From assembly GCA_027078545.1 (NCBI GenBank), contig JALWXN010000004.1, forward strand, positions 256,001 through 320,000: a stretch of DNA of 64,000 bases. The letters run 5' to 3'. Source of the stretch: Nitrososphaeria archaeon (lineage in GTDB: Archaea > Thermoproteota > Nitrososphaeria > Geothermarchaeales > JDFR-13). A program made the position numbers and the translations under genes. Each line of letters opens with the position of its first letter. Positions within the stretch are counted from its first letter, which is position 1. Positions 18,448 through 29,326 of the stretch are shown in pieces. Below the pieces are notes generated by a model. It was not told the origin of the DNA and did not search any database. It saw only the letters and a list, made by a program, of their open reading frames with translations.

Positions 18448-19770
18448 ATGGCTATACACCCTATCGAGTATAGATATGGCTCCGAGGATATGAGGCGTGT
18501 GTTCTCAAGGGATTCATGGGTTAGGTATGCATGTAGGGTTGAGTATGCCCTTCTAGAGTCCCTTGTAGAGATGGGTCTGATCCCCCTGGGTAGGGCTGAG
18601 CTGGATGCTGTTAGGGACCGGTTCTTCAGTGTGTCTTATGAGGATGTGGCTCGGCTGGAGAAGAGGTTTGGCCATGAGGTCTTCGCCCTTGTATGGGCTA
18701 TCTATGAGAGGGTTGGTGAGCCTGTGGGGAGGTATCTACACCTGGGCCTCACGAGTAACGATGTGCTGGATAATGTGGCTGTGATGCAGGCTAGGGATGG
18801 CCTCGAGATATTGTTGAGGCGTATTGATGTGGTTGTTGATAGGCTTAGGACGTTTGTGACGAGGTATGCGTCGACACCTCTTCTGGGACGTACACATGGT
18901 AGGGCGGCCACGCCTATCACTGTAGGCTTCAGGTTCTCGGTATATCTGGATGAGTTGTTGAGGGCTAGGGATGGTTTGGCGCGTATGCTGGACTATCTAC
19001 CGGGTAAGGTTGGTGGCGCGGTTGGGTCTGGTGTGGAGATGTATCCACATAGTCTTGAGCTTGAGAGGAGGGTTCTTGAGAAGCTTGGGCTTAGGAGGGC
19101 GAGGGCGTATCTACAGGTCCTGCCCAGGGACTACTTCTCCAGGCTCCTGACCGAGATTATACATCTCTCTACGGTTCTGGAGCATCTGAATAACCAGGTC
19201 AGGATAATGATGAGGAGTGGGGTGGAGGAGCTGTATGAAGAGGTTGATAGGGTGGGTTCGTCGGTCATGCCGCATAAGCGTAACCCGGTTGATAGTGAGA
19301 AGGTATGTGGCTTGGCCAGGTATCTGAGGGGGTTATTGGCGCCTGTATATGAGAATATCGTGTTTGAGGATGAGCGTGACCTCCGTAATAGTAGTCTCGA
19401 GCGGATAATTATTCCTGAGGCGTTCCTACTTGTTGATGAGCAGCTGGTAACTACTGCCCGGGTGTTGGAGAGGTTGAGGGTGGATGAGGAGAGGTGTAGA
19501 GAGAATATTCGTAGGGAGGGTATGAACATATATTCCAACGTCCTTCTCCACATGGGTGTCTCGAGGGGTGGTGACCGTCAGATTCTCCATGAGAGGTTGA
19601 GACGTATCTTCAGAACCAGGGTTGAGTCTCCCGAGGAGCTGTTGAGGCTTGTTATGGAGGATGATTATCTCTCGAAGTATCTTACTGAGGAGGATGTCCG
19701 GGAGGCTACTGATCTCTCCAGGTATGTTGATGCTTGCCTCTCTAGGCTTGACTGGGTCTTTCGGCTCTGA
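18448..19770 (+). CDS. purB: adenylosuccinate lyase
   Basis: HPIEYRYGS, HLGLTSND, GRTHG, GSSVMPHKRNP. Confidence 0.95.
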   Translation: MAIHPIEYRYGSEDMRRVFSRDSWVRYACRVEYALLESLVEMGLIPLGRAELDAVRDRFFSVSYEDVARLEKRFGHEVFALVWAIYERVGEPVGRYLHLGLTSNDVLDNVAVMQARDGLEILLRRIDVVVDRLRTFVTRYASTPLLGRTHGRAATPITVGFRFSVYLDELLRARDGLARMLDYLPGKVGGAVGSGVEMYPHSLELERRVLEKLGLRRARAYLQVLPRDYFSRLLTEIIHLSTVLEHLNNQVRIMMRSGVEELYEEVDRVGSSVMPHKRNPVDSEKVCGLARYLRGLLAPVYENIVFEDERDLRNSSLERIIIPEAFLLVDEQLVTTARVLERLRVDEERCRENIRREGMNIYSNVLLHMGVSRGGDRQILHERLRRIFRTRVESPEELLRLVMEDDYLSKYLTEEDVREATDLSRYVDACLSRLDWVFRL

Positions 19771-21937
19771 GATACTCCAGGATCTTCCTGGCGGTCTTGA
19801 CGCCTATGTTTGGTATGCTGGCTAGGTCTTGTATGGTGGCTCTCCTGAGGTCTGATGGGGTTCTGTAGCCATTGTTGTATAGGATCCTAGCCCTCCTGCG
19901 TCCGATGCCTGGTATGGATACTAGGGGTATTAACTCTGGCTTTACTCCATACTTGAGCCTGACCCTTAGTATGTCATACATCTTAGCCACCTCCTCTGCC
20001 TGTGCTATCCTGGCTATCTCTGAGGCGGCGTATGCTAGCCACTCTGCCGTGGTGTATAGATTGTAGAGGTCTCCGGGCTCGACCCCCCACTTCTCCAGTA
20101 TCTCGTCTTCCGTGGCCTCGTTTATCCAGTCGAGGAGGACCAGCGCTGTCTTGAGGAGGTCTAGGTCTTGGTCATAGTCGACGGCTGGCCTCATATCGAA
20201 TATCATGTTTAGAAACTCTTCCTGGCCCATGTCTTCAAGGGTGTCTATTATCTTGTCGAAGTCCCTCTTCCGGGCGTTAACCCTGACCATGTCTCTGGTC
20301 TCACATATTAGGTGGAGTAGGGCCAGCTCACTGGGCTCTGTTATCTCCCGTGTCTTTGTATAGAACTTGTGACCCGTGGATGGTAGGATGTATAGCTGTG
20401 ACGTCCTGCTCCCAAGTCTAGTCGCCTTTATATATACCCTGCTGGTGGCCTCGCTCCTCGTTACCATGCCGTAGCTCAGGAGGGTTTTTATGGCTCTGTC
20501 AACTCTGTATCTCAGTACTTCGGGGTGGTATTGGATGGCTGCTAGGGACTTGTCGATATAGCTGTGGATCGTCTCTATGCTTACACCTCTTGTCTCGGTG
20601 GTGAGTGATAGTATTGCTATCTCCATGTTCTCACCGTCTAGGAGTCTGCTTGTTATTGGCTCTGGCTCTGCCCTTATGTATCTATCTAGGAGCGTGTCTA
20701 TCTCTAGCTCCCTCGTCGTATGGATCAGGGCCTCTCCCTCCTTATCATACATTGGTCTCCCGGCCCTGCCAGCCATCTGTTTATAGTCGAATACACTGAT
20801 CTCCTCCACGTATCCAGCAGTCCTCCTCGATGTGTATGTGATTATCACTGTTCTGCTGGGTAGGTTAACACCTGCAGCTAAGGTGGGGGTGGCTGTCAAT
20901 ATCTTTATCAGCCCGGCTCTAAATGCCTCCTCGATTAGGGCCCTATGTTCAAGGCCTAGACCGGCGTGGTGGAAGGCGACACCCATCGCTACTGTGTTGG
21001 AGAGCTCTTCTGAGAGCTTGGTTGACTCACCTATATTCTTTACTCTCTCCGCCAGTCTCCTCAGCTCCTTCATGGTCTTTGGGCCTAGTAGGGTGGCCTG
21101 TAGCTTGGCCAGCTGCTTAGCTATCTTCTTGGCCCTTCTCTTGGCCTCTGCCCTTGTGGCTGTGAATATGAGTACCTGTCCACCCTCCTCTATCGTCTCG
21201 ATGGCCCTGTCTATTATGGGGTCTCCAGTCGTTCTGGGTACTGATTTGAAGGTGTTGTCTGAGTAGTATATCTCGTGGTCGTATAGCACCCCCTCCTTCA
21301 AAGGTATCGGTCTCCAGTTGGTCACTACTGCCTCTCCCTCTATCCAGTTTGCGAAGTCTTGATAGTTGGATATGGTTGCACTGAGGAGTAGTACCTGTGT
21401 CTCCCTCGCCTCGGCCAGGATCCTCATCAGGATGTTCTCGACCACCGGGCCTCTATCGGCTACCCCTACTAGGTGTGCCTCGTCGATAACAACTGTTCTA
21501 ATCGTATCTATCCAGCTGGGCCTATGCCTCATTATCGAGTCCATCTTCTCATAGGTGGCGACTATTACGTCTGCGTTCCCCAGCTCCTCGCCCGTGCTGT
21601 CATAGTCCGATGTGGATATGACTACTCTCGGCCTCCATCCAATTATCTCTGACGCCGCCTCCATAGTACCTATCAACTCGTCCCTCTTCTCCGCGGCTAG
21701 GGCCTTGAGGGGGACTAGATATATATGCTTATAGCCCCGTCCCTGGGCTAGCCTATGGATCATCAGCATGATGGCTATCAGGGTCTTGCCGCTTGCTGTG
21801 GGGGAGGCTACTACGAGGTTCCTGCCGTTGAAGAGGCCCTTCCTAATAGCTTCCTCCTGTGGTGGGTAGAGGCTGTCTATCCCTAGCTTCCTAAGTGTCT
21901 GGTGGACTGGCTGGGGGAGGTCATGGTCTATGGTCAT
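19742..21937 (-). CDS. hel308: Hel308/Hjm SF2 DNA helicase
   Basis: PTASGKT, DEAH, FHHAGL, TPTLAAGVNLP, QMAGRAGRP, C-terminal HhH with RAR motif. Confidence 0.95.
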   Translation of the reverse strand: MTIDHDLPQPVHQTLRKLGIDSLYPPQEEAIRKGLFNGRNLVVASPTASGKTLIAIMLMIHRLAQGRGYKHIYLVPLKALAAEKRDELIGTMEAASEIIGWRPRVVISTSDYDSTGEELGNADVIVATYEKMDSIMRHRPSWIDTIRTVVIDEAHLVGVADRGPVVENILMRILAEARETQVLLLSATISNYQDFANWIEGEAVVTNWRPIPLKEGVLYDHEIYYSDNTFKSVPRTTGDPIIDRAIETIEEGGQVLIFTATRAEAKRRAKKIAKQLAKLQATLLGPKTMKELRRLAERVKNIGESTKLSEELSNTVAMGVAFHHAGLGLEHRALIEEAFRAGLIKILTATPTLAAGVNLPSRTVIITYTSRRTAGYVEEISVFDYKQMAGRAGRPMYDKEGEALIHTTRELEIDTLLDRYIRAEPEPITSRLLDGENMEIAILSLTTETRGVSIETIHSYIDKSLAAIQYHPEVLRYRVDRAIKTLLSYGMVTRSEATSRVYIKATRLGSRTSQLYILPSTGHKFYTKTREITEPSELALLHLICETRDMVRVNARKRDFDKIIDTLEDMGQEEFLNMIFDMRPAVDYDQDLDLLKTALVLLDWINEATEDEILEKWGVEPGDLYNLYTTAEWLAYAASEIARIAQAEEVAKMYDILRVRLKYGVKPELIPLVSIPGIGRRRARILYNNGYRTPSDLRRATIQDLASIPNIGVKTARKILEYLRAERPSQA

Positions 21938-21962
21938 CTCTACACCTCATACCTGATTTATC

Positions 21963-24062
21963 CTACTTCTTCCTCCTCTTCCCGACTATTGAGACCAGCC
22001 CTGGCTGTGGATATGTTACTAGGCCTTGGTCATGCATCTTGTCGAGTAGCCTGGCTATCTCGTCAGGGTCCTTCAGCCTCGTCTTCTCCACCACCCTCTT
22101 GATCACCTCTTCTATTGGTACTGGGTTTCCATCTACCTCGTCCTGCATCTCGCTTATTATGTCCAGTACCGTATGGACCTTGGAGACCTTCTTGCTCTGG
22201 CCTACTAGGATGGATGTGACGTCTACCTCCTGACTCTCCTCGTCGAAGGCCACCTCCCTTAGGAACTTGTTCAGCTGGTTTATAGCTATCTCAGCGTCCT
22301 CCACAGTGACTACTTCTCGTAGATGGGCCTTTGCAGAGGCTTCTGCTATCCTTATGAGGGCCTCGAACTGTCTATTGGTTATGGGCATCGTCCCGGTGTC
22401 TGGATCATATTTCTTCCTCCTGCTTAGGAAGAATTCCTTGAGCTTTGCGTATGCCTCCTCTGTGAAGACTGGTTTTAGTCGTTTGGCGTAGAGGATATAT
22501 TTTTTCAGGAAGTCTGGGCTGAAGGTGTCCTCGTATACCTTCTCCCCCTCCCTAGCCATGATTATGTGGTCTATCAACTCCTCATCCGCCTTGGGGTCTG
22601 GAATGTCCCTCATGAGATGTATTATGTCGAACCTTGAGATCAGTGTGGGGGGTAGGTTGACGTTGTCGGTGAAGTATAGGTGTGGGTTGTAGCGTCCACC
22701 CTTTGGGTTGGCAGCCGCTATTATCGTGGTCCTAGCGTTTAGCGTGGCTATTATCCCGCCTTTAGAGACGGAGACTGTAAGCTGCTCCATCGCCTCGTGG
22801 ATCGCCACCCTATCCTCATTCCTCATCTTGTCTATCTCGTCTATCGCGCATATCCCCATGTCGGCCAATACTACTGCGCCTGCCTCCAGGCTCATACCTC
22901 CTCCAGGGTCTTTGATCACCGCTGCGGTGAGCCCGGCTGCTGTTGATCCCCTTCCACTGGTGTATATCCCCTTGGGGGCTATCTGTACAGCATATTTCAG
23001 TAGCTGGCTCTTCGCTACTCCTGGGTCTCCCACTAGGAGTACGTGTATCCTACCCCTTATCCTGTTTCCATCGGGGAGGACCTTGTCGTCAGCCCCTATT
23101 ATGGCTAGCAGTAGAGCCTCCTTCACATGTCTATGTCCATATATGCTGGGTGAGAAGCTCCGTAGTATCTTGTCGTAGAAGTCGGGGGACTTACTCATCT
23201 CCTTAAGCATCTCGATATCCTTCTTCGTGAGCTTCGTCTCCACATTCTCCTTGCCTAGGCTCTCCATACTGAGGGCTACTAGGCGGAACTGGTACCTAGC
23301 CTCCCTGCTCTTCACCCTATCGATGTCGAGGATCCCCACCACCCTCACATACTCACCTGGATAGGCCACGTCTATCAGGGGCTCCTCAAGCACGATGTCT
23401 ATGAACCTGGGTATCTGGCCTGGTGGGAGTTCCTCAGGCTTCTCCTGGATCCTGGCGAACTGGACATCTTTATAGATGGTCCTCCTCGGGTCAATTCTAA
23501 AAGTATTCTTTCTCTTGCAGCTAGGGCATTCCTTGGGTGGTGTAGGTTCTTCCCCTATGAATCGGGCCTCCCTTATGATTTCTTCACCACAGTCTTCATT
23601 CGTACATACATACATGGCTTTGTGTAGCTTGAGATATACCTGGCTGAGCTTGACTAGTAGGCCGCTGATCGTGATGAGCCTCCCTACATATGCTGATGAA
23701 ATGTCCCTTATCCTGAGTTCTGTCCCCGCGGCCTCGCCTACTATGGCTATGTGTATCTCGTCCTTGCTCATGGCCTCGGCGTCTAGGGGTCTAATGTTCG
23801 CCAAGGCTTCATAGGCCGCTTCCTGCATGTATTCGATCACGGTTCTAGGGTCTCTGGATAGCTCCATAGCTATTTCGGGTAGGCTTATGACTAGGTCGTC
23901 GAAGTCTACCCTGAGAATCTTGAATCTCCTTGGCTGGCTGGGGAGCTCATGGAGCCTATCCTTATATTTATATTCCTTTGTGGCCGGGTCTACATAGTTC
24001 AGGAAGAAGTGGTATAGCTCGGTTACCCTCTCCTCCCTAGTGTCTATCCTCTCATCACTCAT
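21963..24062 (-). CDS. mcm: MCM replicative helicase
   Basis: Zn finger, GDPGVAKSQ, IDEIDKM, AAANP, SRFD; no intein. Confidence 0.97.
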   Translation of the reverse strand: MSDERIDTREERVTELYHFFLNYVDPATKEYKYKDRLHELPSQPRRFKILRVDFDDLVISLPEIAMELSRDPRTVIEYMQEAAYEALANIRPLDAEAMSKDEIHIAIVGEAAGTELRIRDISSAYVGRLITISGLLVKLSQVYLKLHKAMYVCTNEDCGEEIIREARFIGEEPTPPKECPSCKRKNTFRIDPRRTIYKDVQFARIQEKPEELPPGQIPRFIDIVLEEPLIDVAYPGEYVRVVGILDIDRVKSREARYQFRLVALSMESLGKENVETKLTKKDIEMLKEMSKSPDFYDKILRSFSPSIYGHRHVKEALLLAIIGADDKVLPDGNRIRGRIHVLLVGDPGVAKSQLLKYAVQIAPKGIYTSGRGSTAAGLTAAVIKDPGGGMSLEAGAVVLADMGICAIDEIDKMRNEDRVAIHEAMEQLTVSVSKGGIIATLNARTTIIAAANPKGGRYNPHLYFTDNVNLPPTLISRFDIIHLMRDIPDPKADEELIDHIIMAREGEKVYEDTFSPDFLKKYILYAKRLKPVFTEEAYAKLKEFFLSRRKKYDPDTGTMPITNRQFEALIRIAEASAKAHLREVVTVEDAEIAINQLNKFLREVAFDEESQEVDVTSILVGQSKKVSKVHTVLDIISEMQDEVDGNPVPIEEVIKRVVEKTRLKDPDEIARLLDKMHDQGLVTYPQPGLVSIVGKRRKK

Positions 24063-24130
24063 GCTCCACTAATCATCTTGGATTATATGTCTATTTTACT
24101 CGTATGGGTCGGGTGAAACTATTGCTCTGG

Positions 24131-24682
24131 CTACAGAAGCTCGTTGATATAAACGCCTTCACGCCACTCTGTTATCACGCTATTGATTATCCTTGCCAGT
24201 AGGTGTTCCTCGGGAGTCATGTTGTTAACTAGGTGGTCAATCTTTGCGAAGGCCTCAGAGATTATTAGCTGTAGCCTCCTAGAGATGATGTGTCTAACCT
24301 GGTTTGTTATGGATAGCTTGGTATTCTCATCCAGCTCAAGATTTTTGTCGTGCTTAATGGCGTAGATTATGAGGGCGATCTTTGGGTAGAAGCTGTCCTC
24401 CTCCTTTGGGAGCGACTTTCTAGACTCCCTAGACTTCTCCTTCCATATTATCTTCTTTATCCATGTGATGTATTCGTCGGGTATTGTTGCGTATCCCTTC
24501 TCGATGAGTTCCATAGCTGTTTTTAGGGTTGTCTTCATGGAGGATCCTTTGACCTTGTCCTCTATGACCTCTCCACCTATGTCCAGCCTGTTTATGCTTC
24601 TTACGAAGACGATGTCTACGGTCTTGTTACCCACGAGTGTTGATAGGTTGAGGAGTATCTTTATATCCTCCTCCAGCCCCAT
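24131..24682 (-). CDS. gins23: GINS subunit (Gins23-type, B-A domain order)
   Basis: Directly upstream of mcm; beta-rich N-terminus then helical domain with R..KI-like and NMTPEE motif. Confidence 0.78.
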   Translation of the reverse strand: MGLEEDIKILLNLSTLVGNKTVDIVFVRSINRLDIGGEVIEDKVKGSSMKTTLKTAMELIEKGYATIPDEYITWIKKIIWKEKSRESRKSLPKEEDSFYPKIALIIYAIKHDKNLELDENTKLSITNQVRHIISRRLQLIISEAFAKIDHLVNNMTPEEHLLARIINSVITEWREGVYINELL

Positions 24683-24780
24683 CGTTATACCCCAAGACTT
24701 ATTGGGATTATCCTCACTGATTAACCGTTCAGGGCCTTTAATTCCAATATATCCGCAAAAATTGTGTAGAGGTGGTGTAG

Positions 24781-25758
24781 GTGTCGTCCCCCTCTGGTAG
24801 TATGCTGTGGATAGAGAAGTATAGGCCGAAGACTCTGGATGAGGTTGTTAATCAGGAGGAGGTTGTAGAGGGTCTGAAGAACCTGTTGTCGAGTAATGTG
24901 TCTGATATGCCGCACCTATTGTTTGCGGGGCCTCCGGGTACTGGTAAGACGACTGTGGCCCTAGCCTTTGCCAGGGAGCTCTATGGTGGTCATTGGAGGG
25001 AGTATGTCCTGGAGCTTAACGCTAGTGACGAGCGTGGGATAAACGTGATCAGGGAGAAGGTCAAGGTGTTTGCCCAGTACTTCTCCCCCTCCGAGGAGGC
25101 CCCGTTCAAACTGGTTATCCTCGACGAGGCTGATATGATGACCGCGGAGGCCCAGACGGCTCTTAGGAGGATTATGGAGGTTAATGCTAGGGTTACCAGG
25201 TTCATCCTTATCTGTAACTATCTGAATAGGATAATATCCCCTATCCAGAGTAGGACTGCTATTTTCAGGTTTAAGAGGCTTAGCTATGAGGATGCGAAGT
25301 CATATCTAATGATGATCTGTTCCAGGGAAGGTGTCGAGTGTAGCGAGGATCTGATTAGGAAGATCTATGACGTGTCTATGGGGGATCTTAGGAAGGCTAT
25401 TAATCTTCTCCAGTCCGCTGCAACTGTTAGTGGTGGTAGGCCTACCCCCGATGTTGTCGAGAGGATTGTTGGTACGGCTTCTCCTGAGGCGGTGTCGAGG
25501 ATAGTCGATTACATGAGGATGGGGGACTTCAACAATGCTAGGGCTACTCTATACGACTTTATGAGCGTCTCTGGCCTGGATGCTGGTGAGGTTCTACGCC
25601 TACTCTACTCTGAGATGGTCTCTAGGAACCTCTTGACCCCTGAGATAGCTGAGGCTATGGCGGAGACTGAGTATCGTATACAGTTCAGCTCGAATCCCGA
25701 GATACAGCTTGTGGCTTTGGTTGCTAGGATAACCTCATCGATGCGTGGTGAGGGATGA
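24781..25758 (+). CDS. rfcS: replication factor C small subunit
   Basis: [36 protein letters not shown]. Confidence 0.97.
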   Translation: MSSPSGSMLWIEKYRPKTLDEVVNQEEVVEGLKNLLSSNVSDMPHLLFAGPPGTGKTTVALAFARELYGGHWREYVLELNASDERGINVIREKVKVFAQYFSPSEEAPFKLVILDEADMMTAEAQTALRRIMEVNARVTRFILICNYLNRIISPIQSRTAIFRFKRLSYEDAKSYLMMICSREGVECSEDLIRKIYDVSMGDLRKAINLLQSAATVSGGRPTPDVVERIVGTASPEAVSRIVDYMRMGDFNNARATLYDFMSVSGLDAGEVLRLLYSEMVSRNLLTPEIAEAMAETEYRIQFSSNPEIQLVALVARITSSMRGEG

Positions 25759-26939
25759 ACTGGACTGAGAAGTATAGGCCTAGGAGCCTAGTCGATGTAG
25801 TTGGGAATGAGGAGGCTAAGGAGAGGCTGGTGAATTATCTAAGGAGTTGGGACCGGTATCCTAAGGACGGTATCCTGCTCTATGGCCCGGCTGGTGTGGG
25901 TAAGACAGCTAGTGTATATGCCGCAGCGAATGACCTTGGGTATCACGTTATAGAGCTTAACGCGAGTGATGTGAGGAGTGCGGATAGGATCCAGAGGGCC
26001 GTGGGTGGCCTATCTCGGGGGCGTACCCTCGATGCCTATTTCTGGGGTAGGGCTATGAGGCCCCTCGTCTTCTTCGACGAGATCGATGGCCTCGACCCTA
26101 GGGAGGATACGGGTGGCCTCTCCGCTGTTCTTGAGATAGCTTCTAAGAAGGAGTTTCCAGTGGTGGCGGCAGCAAACTTTATCGACCCTGTTAAGCATAA
26201 GCAGCTGCTCCAGTCCTTTGAAGTGGTGGAGTTTAGGAGTCTGACTCCCAGGCAGATCATTGTCGTGCTTAGTAGGATTGTTAGGGAGGAGGGCCTCTCG
26301 GTGGGGAGGGAGGATCTAGTCAAGATAGCCGAGAGGGCTAGGGGTGATGCTAGGATGGCTATCAATATGCTATACTCCCTCAGCATGGGGGGTGATGTGG
26401 AGGCCCTGGCCAATCCTATGGAGAACCTGCCGATAAATATGCTGCTCCAGAGGATCTCCTCCTCGATCTCTCTCCCGGAGATCAGGGCGTTGATAGAGGC
26501 TAATCCCCAACACTGGAAGGACGTGCTGTATACCTACTTCGATATCATAGCCAGGTCTCCCGTCATGAAGGATGATAGGAGGCTCTCTCTACTGGGGGTG
26601 GTCTCGCTTGTGGATACTATGATTGGGAGGATGGAGAGGGAGCGGATGTATTTCTACATGAGGTATATCCCCCATCTCCTATCGTGGATAGTATATCAGG
26701 CCAATAAGTGGGGTGCTGTATATGATGGTAGGATCCCCGAGTACAGGTTCTATCTCTTCGTGTCGAATAGGGCTGTAAGGGAGGAGCTAGACGCCTTGTT
26801 GGAGGAGCTTGGGAGGAGGCTTCACGAGTCTAGGAGGAAGTTCCTCGTAGGCACCCTTGCCCCTGCAGCCCTTCTCCATAGGAACCAGTTTAAGAAGCTT
26901 TATGAATGGGTCTCTAGGACCTTTGGGCTGAGGGTGTAG
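25755..26939 (+). CDS. rfcL: replication factor C large subunit
   Basis: [30 protein letters not shown]; follows rfcS. Confidence 0.93.
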   Translation: MNWTEKYRPRSLVDVVGNEEAKERLVNYLRSWDRYPKDGILLYGPAGVGKTASVYAAANDLGYHVIELNASDVRSADRIQRAVGGLSRGRTLDAYFWGRAMRPLVFFDEIDGLDPREDTGGLSAVLEIASKKEFPVVAAANFIDPVKHKQLLQSFEVVEFRSLTPRQIIVVLSRIVREEGLSVGREDLVKIAERARGDARMAINMLYSLSMGGDVEALANPMENLPINMLLQRISSSISLPEIRALIEANPQHWKDVLYTYFDIIARSPVMKDDRRLSLLGVVSLVDTMIGRMERERMYFYMRYIPHLLSWIVYQANKWGAVYDGRIPEYRFYLFVSNRAVREELDALLEELGRRLHESRRKFLVGTLAPAALLHRNQFKKLYEWVSRTFGLRV

Positions 26940-26943
26940 GGAT

Positions 26944-27300
26944 ATGCAGGTGATGAAGATAAAGTATGGGGAGCCTTTCCGGATCCCTAGGCGGCTTGGG
27001 GACTTGTTCAAGGATGTGGTCAGGATTGATGGGGTGGACTATGTTAGGGGTGAGGGCTTCACGGTTAGGGATTACTATGCACTGTCTAATCTGAATAAGA
27101 TTTTGATCCGTCTAGGCCTCGTCCTTCTCCCCATGGTTACATGTACTATATGTGGACGTGACGTTGATTGTGAGGAGTGTGAATATACCGATGTATGTCG
27201 TAAAGATGTGAATCTCTGCCTATGTAGGGAGTGTACCTACTCGGAGGACGTGGTTGATAAGTATCGGCTATCCGTGAGGAAGCGGGTGTTCAAGGGGTAG
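26944..27300 (+). CDS. hypothetical Cys-rich (8 Cys) metal-binding protein
   Basis: CxxC-x5-CxxC-x5-C-x6-CxCxxC; host-like codon usage; 4 nt after rfcL stop. Confidence 0.7.
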   Translation: MQVMKIKYGEPFRIPRRLGDLFKDVVRIDGVDYVRGEGFTVRDYYALSNLNKILIRLGLVLLPMVTCTICGRDVDCEECEYTDVCRKDVNLCLCRECTYSEDVVDKYRLSVRKRVFKG

Positions 27301-27582
27301 CTCTATCCACTCCTCTATAAACCTCTTTATGTGTATGGCCCTCCTGCTGAATGGGTTGAGGGTATATATCCGGAGCCTCCCGATCTCCACCTCCACCAAT
27401 ATCCTGTTTGAGACGAGTCTTGAGAGCGCTTCTGCGACTGTCTTATACGAGGTGTCTAGCCTATTCTTCAGCTGGGTGGCCGTCATGAAGTCGTTTAGGA
27501 CTATCTCCTCCAGTATCTCTAGGTCTATCCTGCTCCTTATCCATCTACTCGGCCTGTCGCTTGGGTTCCTGTAGATCCTCAT
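27268..27582 (-). CDS. winged helix-turn-helix protein
   Basis: HTH (TATQLKNRLDTSYKTVAEALSRL) plus wing (VEIGRLRIYTLN); overlaps cdc6 3' end. Confidence 0.75.
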   Translation of the reverse strand: MRIYRNPSDRPSRWIRSRIDLEILEEIVLNDFMTATQLKNRLDTSYKTVAEALSRLVSNRILVEVEIGRLRIYTLNPFSRRAIHIKRFIEEWIELPLEHPLPHG

Positions 27583-28747
27583 TCTCGATCATCTCCTTCA
27601 GCCTCTCCATCAGTATCTCTGCGGAGAATGAGGGGAGGCCTACCCTATCGTCGTTCATTGGGAGTGTGGTCAGGGTGGTCCTGCCCTTGAACTTCTTTGA
27701 TGAGAGTCTCTTGGATATTATTCCGAAGGCGGCTAGGGTGTTGAGCATCTTCCAGAACCATGTGTGGCCTACGGGCTCTACCCCGAAGCTGCGTGCATTC
27801 TCCCTATACTTCCTCTCTAGCTCACCGGTGGTTGCGAATGACTTGTTTCCCTCGCTGAGTATCTCTGCTAGGGAGTATACCAGTATCTTCTCCTGGAGGG
27901 TTAGGGACTCCAGCTCATCATAGGTGAATGATGGGGGGACCTCCAGCCTGGCCCTCCTTATGTGCTCGGGCCTAACGGTGTCTTCGCCGTTCTTCTCAGC
28001 TATCATGCCTGCCTTTAGGAGTAGTTCGATGGCGTATCTAGCGTTGAAGTTGTATGTAGATGCTATGTCGGCGGCGGTCTCTATTGCTTCGTAGGTTATT
28101 GCCCCGTCGTGGAAGGCCTGTCTAGCTCTGTATTCAAGTATGTCGACCAGCTCCTCATAGGTATAGTCTTCGAAGTGGACTATGTTCTTCCTTATCCCTC
28201 CCAGTGCCCATGGGTTGCTCTTGTTTATGCTGGCCACGCTTCTGACTATGAAGAGGATGGATAGTTTTCCACGTATACCAGCCTCGTATACCCTGCCTAG
28301 CTGGTAGATGAATACCATGTGCTTCTCGAATAGGTGGTCGGCGTCGTCCAGTATGAGTAGGACTCTCCACTGGCTGTTTGAGAGGAATGTTAGGAAGTAC
28401 CTATACATGTCTTCTACGGAATATCCCCTTAGGGGGGCCATGGGGTTGGCCCATCTCATCATCCTCCTAACTATGTTGCCAGGTATACGTTCGAATCTGG
28501 CGTTTACGTAGATCACGTCTATGTAGTGGCTGTTCTTATACTTCAGGATATTCTTCTCGAGGTGTCTGGCCACCAGTGTCTTACCAGTGCCGGTATTTCC
28601 TACTATGAATACGTGTTCAAAGTCCTGTTTATTCTCTATGACTGGTTTGAAGTATGACATTAGTTCTTCCAGCTTGTCCTGTCTATGGGGTATCTCGGGT
28701 GGGATATAGCTGGGGGCTAGGGCATCCCTATTCTTGAATATGCCCAT
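27545..28747 (-). CDS. cdc6: Orc1/Cdc6 replication initiator
   Basis: F.NRDALAPSYIP.EIPHR, GNTGTGKT, Walker B LILDD, C-terminal wHTH with GRTT wing. Confidence 0.93.
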   Translation of the reverse strand: MGIFKNRDALAPSYIPPEIPHRQDKLEELMSYFKPVIENKQDFEHVFIVGNTGTGKTLVARHLEKNILKYKNSHYIDVIYVNARFERIPGNIVRRMMRWANPMAPLRGYSVEDMYRYFLTFLSNSQWRVLLILDDADHLFEKHMVFIYQLGRVYEAGIRGKLSILFIVRSVASINKSNPWALGGIRKNIVHFEDYTYEELVDILEYRARQAFHDGAITYEAIETAADIASTYNFNARYAIELLLKAGMIAEKNGEDTVRPEHIRRARLEVPPSFTYDELESLTLQEKILVYSLAEILSEGNKSFATTGELERKYRENARSFGVEPVGHTWFWKMLNTLAAFGIISKRLSSKKFKGRTTLTTLPMNDDRVGLPSFSAEILMERLKEMIENEDLQEPKRQAE

Positions 28748-28822
28748 CCTCCCATTCCTCCAATCAATCCTTCCTAGGTATGGAAATTTATGTTAGGTTA
28801 TGTGTTGAGTGAAAGTATTCGG

Positions 28823-29326
28823 CTAGTCTCCCCGGGTCCGTGTCCTCTCCATCTCGCCTCCGCACTCGTCGCATGTCTCCATGTATCTCTCGAAGGTCTT
28901 TCCGCAGGCCTTGCATCTGTATATCCATGTAGCCTCGCTTCTTATCTCCCTTCTCACCTTGGCGTAGGGTATCCCTATCTTCCTGAGGATGTTCTGTATT
29001 GAGTAGTCGTCCGTCACGACTATCGGGTTGTTCTCTCTATACCTTATAGCTAATCCTATTATGGATAGGTCTGCCTTGGATAGTCTCTGGTCTTCCCCCA
29101 GCTCCCTTGCTATTCTCCTAGCTTCTATTAGGTGTTTCCTCCTGGGTTTGGCTAGGATGAGTGTGCCTGTCTCTATGTAGAGTCTTATCGCCTCCCTCCT
29201 TATCTCGTCCTTCTTTACCTCTTCTACCGTCTCGGGTGTTGTGATGTATATCCTTCTCCCCGTCTTCTTGATGGGCATTATGAGTAGTGCTGAGGTGTCT
29301 AGTATGTAGATCTCCTCATCTCTCAC
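28823..29326 (-). CDS. nob1: Nob1-like PIN endonuclease with Zn ribbon
   Basis: LDTSA, LSKAD, TDDYSIQN, C-terminal CxxC..CxxC. Confidence 0.92.
   Translation of the reverse strand: MRDEEIYILDTSALLIMPIKKTGRRIYITTPETVEEVKKDEIRREAIRLYIETGTLILAKPRRKHLIEARRIARELGEDQRLSKADLSIIGLAIRYRENNPIVVTDDYSIQNILRKIGIPYAKVRREIRSEATWIYRCKACGKTFERYMETCDECGGEMERTRTRGD

Noticed and set aside
28344-28358. Cdc6 Walker B reads DD instead of DE
   Set aside because: To my recollection this variant occurs in other functional archaeal Cdc6 proteins; it is not evidence of inactivation.
28771-28785. TTCC-N7-GGAA upstream of cdc6 as an ORB element
   Set aside because: Spacing is wrong for the TTCCAGTGGAA consensus, there is no G-string or second copy, and the intergenic region is only 75 bp.
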